A stretch of DNA of 32,501 bases. It comes from Patescibacteria group bacterium (GTDB taxonomy: Bacteria > Patescibacteriota > Minisyncoccia > Phycocordibacterales > UBA9973). The DNA lies in assembly GCA_040390725.1 (NCBI GenBank), contig JAZJXT010000003.1, positions 1 through 32,501 of the forward strand, read 5' to 3'. The notes under the pieces are model-generated. The model did not search any database. It was not told the DNA's origin and saw nothing but the letters and a program-made list of their open reading frames with translations. The position numbers were made by a program, and so were the translations under genes. Shown here one piece after another: positions 15,401-24,966 of the stretch; within the stretch, counting starts at the first letter, position 1; every line of letters begins with the position of its first letter.

Positions 15401-18307
15401 ATGCGGATAAATAAAATAATAAAAAACATAACCGTCACTCTCCTAATAATGAGTTTTGTTGTTTTCCCATTTTTAAATTCCGCACCAAAAGCTTATGCGC
15501 AAACAGGCTCATTTGGCGTAAACCAATTCGGAGTCACCGGGGGTGTGGGCGGCTATATGAAATTAGTAGGCCCCTTAATACCAAAACTCCAAGGATGCGG
15601 AGCTATGTTAAAAAATAAAATACACAACATCTCTTCAGCATTTAGCGGCACAACAGTAATGGCTACCGACCAATCAGCCCACCCCACAGGTGCTGATAAT
15701 TTAGTTACATCAGGAAGCACAGAAGGAGTTGTAAACGAAGGATTAGCGGATGACACAACAAAAGCAACCCAAGTCGCCACATCAATACCGGTTATGAACC
15801 TTTCAGACCTTCTTATTCAACAAGAACAACTAACACATATTAAGCACACAGAAAAAACAGCTGACGAGGTAGCTGCCAACAAACTCTGCTTGGATAGTGT
15901 CGGCAAGGCAATGGTGAAATTAATTATCCGAAAATTAACTCAAGACATAATAGTATGGATAAATACGGGAGATTTTGGTGATCCTCTTTGGCCAAAAAAC
16001 AGGCCGAATTATTTTACAAGCCTGGGTAAAAATATTACATTGGCATTCAATAATGAAATAGCCGGACTTGGTCCATTTTCTAAGGCTTATATACGAAATA
16101 ATGCCATAGCATTTAGAACAAAATTTGCACAAAATGCACGATTCTCCTTCAATCAAGTGATGCAAGACACAAATCAACCCGTCACTTACGATAGTTTCAA
16201 TAATAATTTCGGATCCGGCGGATGGGGGGCTTGGGCTCTGTTAACACAAGTACCGGCCAATAATCCTTTTGGATTTAATTTAATGACTCAAAGCGAATGG
16301 AGCAAGAGAATGAATGGCGTTCAACAATCTCAAGCTCAAGACGTACGTGATGGCCTTCAAGAAGCCGGAGGATTTTTAGGTACTTATCGTTGCACCGCTC
16401 CTGAAGAATTAAAAAACCAAACTAAACAAGAATACGCTCGCAAGCTCGCATCAGGCAATCCCTTTACCCCAAAACTTAACGCTTGCCTAAGTGAAAGAAA
16501 CCCGTATTCTCTGAATGACACTACCACAGACTCTTCAAGCATGACAATAACACCTTATGATGCATGGGTCAGAGACCATATAGCCAAGTGTGATGCCATA
16601 TCAGCTCAAGCTGATGATTGGAATAAACACAACCTCTGCGCACCAGATGCTTGGGCATATGTAACACCAGGGAAGATGGTTGCAGAAGCGGCTACGGGCC
16701 TGATGCATCACCAACAAGATTCACTTCTCAATGTAAATGACTTAAATGATGCCATTGCCGCTATTTTAGATTCAGCATTAAATAAATTCGGCGGAGACCT
16801 CATAGACAAAGGCCTTGCCGGCATGGATAAAAATTCAGACTACAATCAATACGACTTGACTGATGCTTATTCCCAAGACAGCTCGGGACAAAATAATACA
16901 AACATCCCGGACGGATTTGATAACGTCACATGGTTCCAACAACATCCGAATTTTGATATTACAAAAGATTTGAATCAGGCCCTTATAGATGAACAGAGAA
17001 CATACATGAACAAATTAAAGGATCAAAATGCAGAATTAATTTCAGATGGTACTCCAGGATTTTACACAGGGTTAATACCTACTATCAACCAACTTGATTA
17101 TTGTATTCCGGGGCCACATCCAGGATGGGAAGATGATTCAAGACAAGTTTTATCATCCGTAGAAGACAAAATGGCTCCAGAAACAGAAGACAGTCTCCAC
17201 AACAAAACACTAAATGACGTTTCAGAATATACATCGAGTTATGCACCATTGGCTGCGGGAGCAGCAGGACTAGTGATAGGAGCGACATGGGGAACAGCTG
17301 CTGCTTCATGGACAGGACCGGGAGCAATAATTGGGACAGTGATAGGTGCTATCGTCGGCAGCATAGTGGCTTTTGTTATCCAAGATGTCAATGATTCTAA
17401 TGATACATTAAAAGTACACACATACTACGCGGGTCAAATCAATGTTATCACTGGACTACGTATTCCTATGCCTACTTATGAAAAATATGTAAAAAATCCC
17501 AAGGTCGCAGCCGTAGATTCAAAACAGGGTGCTGTTTCCGCAGTGGACGAAACTTTCAACAGATACATACAAATGGTTCATGCAATATATAACGACAAAG
17601 ATATGCCTTCATATGCACAACAGGGCGCAGCTGAATACAGAAAAATGTCCGGTTATTTAGAAATGAAAAAAGAAAATGATGCTAGTATTACTGCCAAGCA
17701 AGGTATTGTAGATATGTTGGTAAAATTAAAAAGCCAAATGGAAGACCTACTGGCTCAAACAAAACTTGACCCTAGCGATACAAATTATATTGATCCTGAA
17801 GGCCAAGACTACAAAGATAAATTGCAAGTCATAATAACTACATTCGCCAATCTTGCATCGAATTTAGCTTCCGGAGATGACATTGCAAACGTAAACAACT
17901 TAATAAAGCAAATGAAAGACAGTGAGCAGTATGTTGCTGGCAGTCTCTTAGTAGCTTGTGAAAAAACAGAAAGAAATGGTACAGACAATAATCTACCGCA
18001 AGACATAAAAGATACAATGAAAATGACTTATTATCCTCCACATTTGCATGATTATCCTGCAACTGGCAGAACTTGGGGCCCGGGCTTCTTGAGTGCTATG
18101 ACATTTAATGATGATGCTAATAGCAACGAACCAAACCCTCCGGAACACTATCATACTGATTATGTACCGGGGAGAGACAGTGCATCGGGTAAATTGCCTA
18201 GATTAAATATAGGCGACTTATTCCCAGCCGGGAAATGGGGCACTTATCTAGGACGTCCCGTAAAAGATAATGGAGGAGTATGGGAAACAATAATCGGTGT
18301 TTATTAA
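15401..18307 (+). CDS. large secreted/membrane Cys-containing protein with glycine-zipper hairpin
   Basis: Signal peptide ending AYA; GGWGAW...PANNPFG...GGFLG...VTPG motifs I associate with Parcubacteria T4SS-neighbourhood proteins; hydrophobic hairpin at 17246-17380. Confidence 0.82.
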   Translation: MRINKIIKNITVTLLIMSFVVFPFLNSAPKAYAQTGSFGVNQFGVTGGVGGYMKLVGPLIPKLQGCGAMLKNKIHNISSAFSGTTVMATDQSAHPTGADNLVTSGSTEGVVNEGLADDTTKATQVATSIPVMNLSDLLIQQEQLTHIKHTEKTADEVAANKLCLDSVGKAMVKLIIRKLTQDIIVWINTGDFGDPLWPKNRPNYFTSLGKNITLAFNNEIAGLGPFSKAYIRNNAIAFRTKFAQNARFSFNQVMQDTNQPVTYDSFNNNFGSGGWGAWALLTQVPANNPFGFNLMTQSEWSKRMNGVQQSQAQDVRDGLQEAGGFLGTYRCTAPEELKNQTKQEYARKLASGNPFTPKLNACLSERNPYSLNDTTTDSSSMTITPYDAWVRDHIAKCDAISAQADDWNKHNLCAPDAWAYVTPGKMVAEAATGLMHHQQDSLLNVNDLNDAIAAILDSALNKFGGDLIDKGLAGMDKNSDYNQYDLTDAYSQDSSGQNNTNIPDGFDNVTWFQQHPNFDITKDLNQALIDEQRTYMNKLKDQNAELISDGTPGFYTGLIPTINQLDYCIPGPHPGWEDDSRQVLSSVEDKMAPETEDSLHNKTLNDVSEYTSSYAPLAAGAAGLVIGATWGTAAASWTGPGAIIGTVIGAIVGSIVAFVIQDVNDSNDTLKVHTYYAGQINVITGLRIPMPTYEKYVKNPKVAAVDSKQGAVSAVDETFNRYIQMVHAIYNDKDMPSYAQQGAAEYRKMSGYLEMKKENDASITAKQGIVDMLVKLKSQMEDLLAQTKLDPSDTNYIDPEGQDYKDKLQVIITTFANLASNLASGDDIANVNNLIKQMKDSEQYVAGSLLVACEKTERNGTDNNLPQDIKDTMKMTYYPPHLHDYPATGRTWGPGFLSAMTFNDDANSNEPNPPEHYHTDYVPGRDSASGKLPRLNIGDLFPAGKWGTYLGRPVKDNGGVWETIIGVY

Positions 18308-18308
18308 A

Positions 18309-20516
18309 ATGCAAAAAAATATAAAAAAAATAATATTAGGATTGATATTTATCTTGCCTTTATGTGCACCTCTTTCGTCTTTTGCTCTTTCCAACAAAGA
18401 CCTCGTCGTCACAAGCACTGCATCTGGAGTCACAGACGTCTCAGCTACATTTTCCGGATCAATCGACATGGACAACACAGATACAAATGTGAGACTGGGA
18501 TATTTCCGATATGCAACATTAGATAAGCCTCCTATTTTTTGCAATGATATTTATGGTTCCAATATGTTTTCGACCAATGATGCAAATCTAGGCAATTCCG
18601 GCTCGGCGACTTTTTCTAAAACTGTTTCCAATCTCACTCCCGGTTCAACTTATTATTATTGTGCTGTCGTTTCAGACATAAACCAAAATATCATAAATTA
18701 TGGCGGACCGGTAAAATTCACTACTAGATCAACAGTACAAGCAACCATCCAAACCAAGCAACCAATAATCCTCGACAGTACTTCTGCCGACTTGAATGGT
18801 TTTTATAATACAAACGTCGTGGCCAAAACTTGGTTTGAGTACAGAAAAACTGGAGATACTGCATGGATAAAAACTGACACAGAGGCGCATATACCTAATA
18901 CAACTTCTCACTATGTTTCCGGAGAAATTAAATTTTCACTCACAGGAGCAACGACAGACACTCAATACGAATACCGAGCGGGAATACAAGACAATGACCA
19001 AGGCAGTCCAACTTTTGGTAAAAATATTTACGGAAATGTTGTTACTTTTTATTTAAATTCTCCTGTAAATGTTAACACGGGAACTTTCGATGATGGAGTA
19101 TCATATGATCAAATGCCTGACTTTTCTTGGGATAACGGCACCACTAGCAGTAATAATAATCTGGGGACACCGATAACTGGCGGGGGTAATGGCACAGGAG
19201 GCACCGGTACAAATGGTTCAGGCACAGGGACTGGTTCCGGCAGTGGCAGTGGCACTGGCACAGGAACGGGAAGTACCGGATCAACAGGCACCGGCACAAA
19301 TGGCTCAGGAACTAATGGCACAAATGGAGGAACGCTAGGCACAGGGAGTAATGGTTCATCCGGAGGAATAGTTACATTTTCCGGCAGTGGCACAGCAGGA
19401 CAAGGAATTTTTGGACCATCCACCAACATTGAATATGGCAATAGCACAGGTACAGGCAGTGGTAGCGGTAGTGGCACTAATAGTGGAGCTGTAATTGGCT
19501 CTGCAGAAATCAATGCTAAAATTACTGCCTATCAACAAGCCAATATTAAATACAAAACGCTAAAAGATAACATAATCCCTGCTATAGCAAACTTTACCAG
19601 CCTGCTAACTGATGCAGCAGGTGGTATAAACCCATTCGATGTTAAATATAGCAGTGAAACTTTTACGCAATTCAAGAATCAACTTTCCGATAAGCAAAAA
19701 CCTATTTTTGATTCCGCATTTCAATCATTAATAACAAAAATAAATGGACTTCTAGATATCGGGGGCAATCAAATACCGGCAGACTTGCGAGATAAAGCAA
19801 AATTACTTCTAGACCCAAACACCAGTATGGGTACCATTAAATCCATTCTCGATAAATTTTCACAAGAAGGCGGAATAGTACTGACTAACCAAGAAAAACT
19901 TACCGAATTAGCATTAACAGCAGCAGAGGCAGCGAAGCCCGGCAGTACTGCGGGGAGCTTAAGTAGTGGCACAGGATCTGGCATAAATGGTGGGCCTAAC
20001 GGTACGGGAACTGGTGCAGGTATTGGTTCAGGCACAGGGACTAGTTCTGGAATAGGAAATGGTGCTGGGTCCAGCAATGGAACAAGTTCAGGAACTGGCA
20101 CGGGTGCTAGTGCTAGTACAATTACTAGTACAATAAAAGCGCCAGAAATTGGTGATATCAGGAAACCTATTTCAGATGCGATAGTGCGCACCGGCGAAGG
20201 AGTGGAGACTGTATTTGCCAGACAAATAATAGCTTATCCGCAACTAGCGAAACTTTACGGCTACACAGCAGGCTCAAACTTAAAAGTTTTTGCCGGAGAA
20301 CTAGCGCATACTTTTGCTAAACTTTTCGGATATTATAGCGGAGGAGGCAGGGAAATACGCGTCCTGCCTGCAAACATAGCTGCATATGAACTCGGAATGA
20401 AAGACAATAAACTCGCAGTCTATGAATATTATGGCAATAAAATAGAAAATATCGCGACCGTAGCTCCAATTCTGAAAAATGCTTTGGGTTACGAATATTA
20501 TTTCATTAAAAAATAA
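18309..20516 (+). CDS. secreted FN3-like protein with two Gly/Ser/Thr-rich tracts and an uncharacterised C-terminal domain
   Basis: Signal peptide ending SFA; FN3-like SNLTPGSTYYY and TDTQYEYRA; GTGS repeats. Confidence 0.85.
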   Translation: MQKNIKKIILGLIFILPLCAPLSSFALSNKDLVVTSTASGVTDVSATFSGSIDMDNTDTNVRLGYFRYATLDKPPIFCNDIYGSNMFSTNDANLGNSGSATFSKTVSNLTPGSTYYYCAVVSDINQNIINYGGPVKFTTRSTVQATIQTKQPIILDSTSADLNGFYNTNVVAKTWFEYRKTGDTAWIKTDTEAHIPNTTSHYVSGEIKFSLTGATTDTQYEYRAGIQDNDQGSPTFGKNIYGNVVTFYLNSPVNVNTGTFDDGVSYDQMPDFSWDNGTTSSNNNLGTPITGGGNGTGGTGTNGSGTGTGSGSGSGTGTGTGSTGSTGTGTNGSGTNGTNGGTLGTGSNGSSGGIVTFSGSGTAGQGIFGPSTNIEYGNSTGTGSGSGSGTNSGAVIGSAEINAKITAYQQANIKYKTLKDNIIPAIANFTSLLTDAAGGINPFDVKYSSETFTQFKNQLSDKQKPIFDSAFQSLITKINGLLDIGGNQIPADLRDKAKLLLDPNTSMGTIKSILDKFSQEGGIVLTNQEKLTELALTAAEAAKPGSTAGSLSSGTGSGINGGPNGTGTGAGIGSGTGTSSGIGNGAGSSNGTSSGTGTGASASTITSTIKAPEIGDIRKPISDAIVRTGEGVETVFARQIIAYPQLAKLYGYTAGSNLKVFAGELAHTFAKLFGYYSGGGREIRVLPANIAAYELGMKDNKLAVYEYYGNKIENIATVAPILKNALGYEYYFIKK
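19178..19490 (+). repeat. coding low-complexity G-T/S-N repeat (second tract ~19940-20120)
   Basis: GGCAC/GGCAGT-type hexamer periodicity encoding GTGSGSGSGTGTG. Confidence 0.8.
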
Positions 20517-20554
20517 AGAAATAAAAATGTTTGTATGTTAGAATTAAAACGATA

Positions 20555-23266
20555 ATGAAAAAAACATTTTCCAAAATTTTAATCCCACTTATTATCTTGA
20601 GCTTTTTCTTAGCCCCGATGATTGGTTTTCCTTTTAAAGCCAGTGCTTTGGCGTCAGAATTCACTCTTACTGCAAACCCCCCATCATCAACAGATACATT
20701 TGTATCACTTACAGCTTCCATCAGTAACGAAATTATAACTCCGGGAACCGTATTACGAATTTATTTTTACCCTGTTGGCACTATATTAAAAAAGCCAAAT
20801 CAAGATTTCCCAATACCTGAAGAAATAATAAAATCTAAAAAAGGCTTTATGACGGAAAAAATTATTAATCTTCCACCAGGAAACTATCAAACCTATGCAG
20901 AACTTTTTTCTGACCAAGGAAGCCTGATATACGGCACATCCAACACTGCATCTTTTACAATAACAAGTAAAGAAATGCAATATAGCGTCCCAGAATTTAT
21001 TCCACCGACCAATGTAGACGGCTGGAGATTTGATTGTTCGGGTCTATATCTTTCGCCAACTAACATAAAATGCGTTATAGCTTCCGTTTTGTACGATTTT
21101 ATTTTTACACCATTGTCTGACTTTGCTAGGTTCTCAGCAGGAGTACTCGACAAATTTATTTATTATTCCACCCTTAGCAGTTCATATTCACAAAGCTTTG
21201 TAGGCAAAGCTTGGGCTGCCGTGCGAGATATCTCTAATATATTTTTTATAATTGCTTTACTTTATGTAGCTATCCAAACTATCTTAGGCCTGGGGAGTAA
21301 AGCCAAACAAATGATAGCCACGATCATCGTGGTGGCTCTTATTATAAATTTCAGTTTATTTTTTACCGAAGTCATTATTGACGGATCAAATATCCTGGCA
21401 CGGGTATTTTATAATCACATAACTTCTAAAAATAAAAACGGTAAAGAAATAACAAATGCCGGTGGTGAAAGATCTATTTCTTTAGCCCTAGCCTCAGAAT
21501 TTGACCCGCAAAAAATAGTCCCGTCAAAAAAACAGTTTGAAGACAATTTGCAAGGACCATTTATTTTTACAACAATAATGGCAATAATAATAATGCTATA
21601 TATGGCGTATTGTTTTCTTTCTGTATCATGGCTGTTTCTGGGAAGAGTCTGCACTTTATGGATGGCAATGGTTTTCTCACCACTGGCTTTCGCTTCTTAT
21701 GTCGTGCCTTTTGATATTGCCGGCTTCGGTCATCAAAAATGGTGGGAAACTTTTCTAAAAAGCGCATTCCTGGCGCCAATATATATATTTTTCCTTTATG
21801 TGATAATTCTTTTTGGAGATGCCATACGTAGCGTTGTAGGAGATTTTCAAAATTCTACAGACTGGCTGGATCAAATAATGTATGTGGCTATGCCTTTCGC
21901 AATCGTTTACTTCCTTTTAAATAAATCCAAAAAACTAGCTGAAGATTATTCCGGCGACATGGCAGGAGCCGTCGGCAAAATCGCCGGCATTTACACTGGG
22001 CTACTCAGCGCCGTTGTCTTCGGTGGGGTAGGCTTCGCGGGCAGAGTCGGCCTCGGCCGAGTGGGGAATATGGTTTCAGAAAGTGCTTGGATGAAAGACC
22101 TAATAGGTTCACAGAAAAAAGTAAAATTAATGGGCATGGAATTAAACTTACAATCATGGCTTGGCAAAAGAGTTAGAAGTGGTGCCGAAACACTGGAAGG
22201 AGCGAGCTACGACGTAAGAGGATTAAAAATAGGAGGCAAAGATATAGCAGGGCATACTGGCTGGGATTTGGGTAAACCTCAAGAAGGTGGATTTAAAAAG
22301 ATGAGAGAGGAGCAAGGAAAGAAGAGACGAGAAAGGTCAGAAAAACTATCAGTAGGACATGACGAAGAAGAGCATCACATGCTAGAAGAGATGAAAGTAA
22401 TATTGCAAGACTTGTATTCAACAGGTAAGCCTTTAACTGATGCATGTGATAACTTAATAAAATTAGACACGACTAGATTAAACAATGCAATAAAACAAAA
22501 AAATCCAGAAAAAGCAGAATTCTATGGAGACAGAGTAGCAAATGCAAACGAAATAAGAAGAGCTGCAAAGGGTGTGTATGACTTTAAGGGAGATTATAAA
22601 CACGTTGATGAAATGAAATATGTCGTAGACCCAGAAACACACAAAGGTAAACTACAAAAAACAGGAAAGCGCGTGCAAATACAAACAGGTGTTACAAAAT
22701 ATAAAACGGGTGAATTAATAGAAGTAAAAAATGCAGAAACTGGAGAAATGGAAATGAAGGAAGAAGAGAAATTATATGCGGAAGCAGAATTTAAATCAGA
22801 GCTAGAAAAAAATCCGGAAGATTATAAATTCTCTAAAAATAAAAAATATATGAAAGAGGTCACGGAAGAAAGTCCATTCAAGAGAATAAATCTAAGTGGT
22901 GACGTGTTGTATAAAGAATTTGAAAAAAATGAAAAAGGTGAATTATTAAAAGATACAGCTGGTGATTTTATATTCACTGGAAAAGTTAGCAAAACAGTAT
23001 CCTATCTAGACCCGGAAAAGAAAATAAAAGCATACGCACCATTAGGAATGGACCCTCTTGAAGATGAAAGTATCGTTGTGCAACAAGGTAAAATCGCTCA
23101 GATAGGCTACCAGCGTAAATTAGGCGAAGCAGCTAGTGCTACAAGTGATGTGGCAAAAATATTTAACACAGTCACAAGCTTAGGAGGAGACAGTATAGAA
23201 GAAATAGAAAATTCAAGACATGCCACATTGTCTGGAGCGAAATTAGATAAAGGAGGAGGACATTAA
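20555..23266 (+). CDS. VirB6/TrbL-like polytopic membrane protein with N-terminal Ig/FN3-like module and long charged C-terminal tail
   Basis: WAAVRDISNIFFIIALLYVAIQTIL...IVVALIINFSLFFTEVIIDGSN...RVCTLWMAMVFSPLAF...KWWETFLK; many TM helices; upstream of PrgI and VirB4-like genes. Confidence 0.72.
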   Translation: MKKTFSKILIPLIILSFFLAPMIGFPFKASALASEFTLTANPPSSTDTFVSLTASISNEIITPGTVLRIYFYPVGTILKKPNQDFPIPEEIIKSKKGFMTEKIINLPPGNYQTYAELFSDQGSLIYGTSNTASFTITSKEMQYSVPEFIPPTNVDGWRFDCSGLYLSPTNIKCVIASVLYDFIFTPLSDFARFSAGVLDKFIYYSTLSSSYSQSFVGKAWAAVRDISNIFFIIALLYVAIQTILGLGSKAKQMIATIIVVALIINFSLFFTEVIIDGSNILARVFYNHITSKNKNGKEITNAGGERSISLALASEFDPQKIVPSKKQFEDNLQGPFIFTTIMAIIIMLYMAYCFLSVSWLFLGRVCTLWMAMVFSPLAFASYVVPFDIAGFGHQKWWETFLKSAFLAPIYIFFLYVIILFGDAIRSVVGDFQNSTDWLDQIMYVAMPFAIVYFLLNKSKKLAEDYSGDMAGAVGKIAGIYTGLLSAVVFGGVGFAGRVGLGRVGNMVSESAWMKDLIGSQKKVKLMGMELNLQSWLGKRVRSGAETLEGASYDVRGLKIGGKDIAGHTGWDLGKPQEGGFKKMREEQGKKRRERSEKLSVGHDEEEHHMLEEMKVILQDLYSTGKPLTDACDNLIKLDTTRLNNAIKQKNPEKAEFYGDRVANANEIRRAAKGVYDFKGDYKHVDEMKYVVDPETHKGKLQKTGKRVQIQTGVTKYKTGELIEVKNAETGEMEMKEEEKLYAEAEFKSELEKNPEDYKFSKNKKYMKEVTEESPFKRINLSGDVLYKEFEKNEKGELLKDTAGDFIFTGKVSKTVSYLDPEKKIKAYAPLGMDPLEDESIVVQQGKIAQIGYQRKLGEAASATSDVAKIFNTVTSLGGDSIEEIENSRHATLSGAKLDKGGGH

Positions 23267-23276
23267 AAAATAAAAT

Positions 23277-23783
23277 ATGATTGAAATATTAAAAAATGTA
23301 ATAAAAAAAGAAATGGTTAAACTTCCTAAAACAACACAGGAAATATTTAATCTTTCTGATTTTGAAAAGCAATTGGATGAAATAAGCAAAGAATATTTCC
23401 AAGATGACGAAGAAAAAATAAATAATTTCCAAGCTGAAACTGTATTATTGCTTTTAGGAGTTAACCCTCTAAATAATTATGCTAAAAAAGTTGCATATAG
23501 TTCAATCCTGGCCATGGAAGATGCTGAAAAAATAACAAAAAAAGCTATAGAAAAAATATTTATTCCGCTAGCAGAAAAAGTAAACGAGAACATAAAAAGT
23601 AAACTAAAAAGTAAAAACCCTAAATACGATCAAAACATGAAGTTCATTCTTTCCGGAGGAGATTATTCTCACTTTCTTGAAAATCCAAACATGGTTGGGA
23701 CAGTCGTCGAAGAAGAACAACCGAAATATGTCGCGGACACTTTCTCAAAAGTTGAAGATTTAAAAAATAAATTTGTTGTATAA
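23277..23783 (+). CDS. helical hypothetical protein, paralogue of the next gene
   Basis: FQAETVLLLLG aligns with LELETELLLCG of 23826-24497. Confidence 0.82.
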   Translation: MIEILKNVIKKEMVKLPKTTQEIFNLSDFEKQLDEISKEYFQDDEEKINNFQAETVLLLLGVNPLNNYAKKVAYSSILAMEDAEKITKKAIEKIFIPLAEKVNENIKSKLKSKNPKYDQNMKFILSGGDYSHFLENPNMVGTVVEEEQPKYVADTFSKVEDLKNKFVV

Positions 23784-23825
23784 TTAAAGCAGTTTAACAA
23801 GTTTAGATAAATACAAAAAATAATT

Positions 23826-24497
23826 ATGAATGACACAATAGATTTACTACAAGTAAAAATAGAAAATGCAAAAAAGGAATTATCCGAGGAGACTAGGCGC
23901 GCGATAGACGCCGTGGATTGGAGAAAAGTCATCCTCGACATGAGATTAAAAAAAGGCTATAGCCTCGAACAACTGGAAGACTTGGAGCTCGAGACGGAGC
24001 TTTTGCTTTGCGGCTTAATAAATACACAAGACTATCCAAAGGAATTGGCAAACAGTTTAAAATTGCCTCGAGCCAAAGCCGACCAATTGGCAAATGAAAT
24101 GAATGAATTGGTCTTCAAAAAAATCCGTGATGAAATGATAAAATTACTGGATAAAAAGCAACCAGCAAACACAGAACCCGTAAAAAACATAGTGAGTCCT
24201 GCGCCAGTTCCACCTATTAGAAGTTTCGCAGATATGCGAATAAAAAAAGAGGAAGAGCAAGTATTGGAAATAGCCGGAATAAAAATAAATGAGATACCAG
24301 GTGTAGATAAAGCTCCGGCTCCTGCCACGCCACAACCTACGTCCACAATGATGCCAATACAGAAACTTTCCGGGGCTTTCCAAATGCCGGCAAAAAAAAC
24401 TGAATACACGATAAATAATATTTCAAAAACCCCGGCAATGCCGACAAATACAAATACTTCTCTGCCAAAAGCAGATCCATACCGAGAGCCAATTTAG
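23826..24497 (+). CDS. hypothetical protein with Pro-rich linker and C-terminal DPYREPI motif
   Basis: 223-aa ORF directly upstream of prgI-like gene. Confidence 0.85.
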   Translation: MNDTIDLLQVKIENAKKELSEETRRAIDAVDWRKVILDMRLKKGYSLEQLEDLELETELLLCGLINTQDYPKELANSLKLPRAKADQLANEMNELVFKKIRDEMIKLLDKKQPANTEPVKNIVSPAPVPPIRSFADMRIKKEEEQVLEIAGIKINEIPGVDKAPAPATPQPTSTMMPIQKLSGAFQMPAKKTEYTINNISKTPAMPTNTNTSLPKADPYREPI

Positions 24498-24516
24498 TTA
24501 AATTTTTGAAATGTTG

Positions 24517-24522
24517 TATAAT
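24517..24522 (+). promoter_or_regulatory. -10 box, leaderless geometry
   Basis: TATAAT, 6 nt, then ATG 24529. Confidence 0.6.
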
Positions 24523-24528
24523 TGATTT

Positions 24529-24960
24529 ATGCAATTCAAGGTCCCACAATTTTTAGACATAGAAGACAAAATTTTCGGGCCATTTACTTTTAGGGAGTTT
24601 GCTTATTTGGCCGGGGGAGGGGGTCTGTGTTATGTGCTTTTCAAGCTTTTAGGTTTTTGGTATGGTGCAATACCGATACTCTTAATAGGAGGACTGGCAG
24701 CATTGCTGACTTTCTACAAACCAAACAATAAACCATTTATAAATATGCTTGAGGCCGGTGTAAAGTACGCCATCCAAGACAAACTTTATATCTGGGAAAA
24801 AAGAATGGTGAAAACCAGCGAGAAAATAGAAGCTGAAAAAAAACAAAAAGAAATGGAAACACCGACCCAAAAGAAAATGGCTCTAGGGGAAAGTAAATTA
24901 AAAGATTTAGCATGGGGTTTGAATGTTTTAGATTTAGAAAAAGAAAATAAAAATCAATAA
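24529..24960 (+). CDS. PrgI family protein (VirB3 analogue)
   Basis: MQFKVPQFLDIEDKIFGPFTFREF, two TM helices, then KPNNKPF. Confidence 0.88.
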   Translation: MQFKVPQFLDIEDKIFGPFTFREFAYLAGGGGLCYVLFKLLGFWYGAIPILLIGGLAALLTFYKPNNKPFINMLEAGVKYAIQDKLYIWEKRMVKTSEKIEAEKKQKEMETPTQKKMALGESKLKDLAWGLNVLDLEKENKNQ

Positions 24961-24966
24961 TAATTT

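Noticed and set aside
19109-20191. Pro/Val-rich minus-strand ORFs
   Set aside because: Reverse complement of the Gly/Thr repeat tracts.
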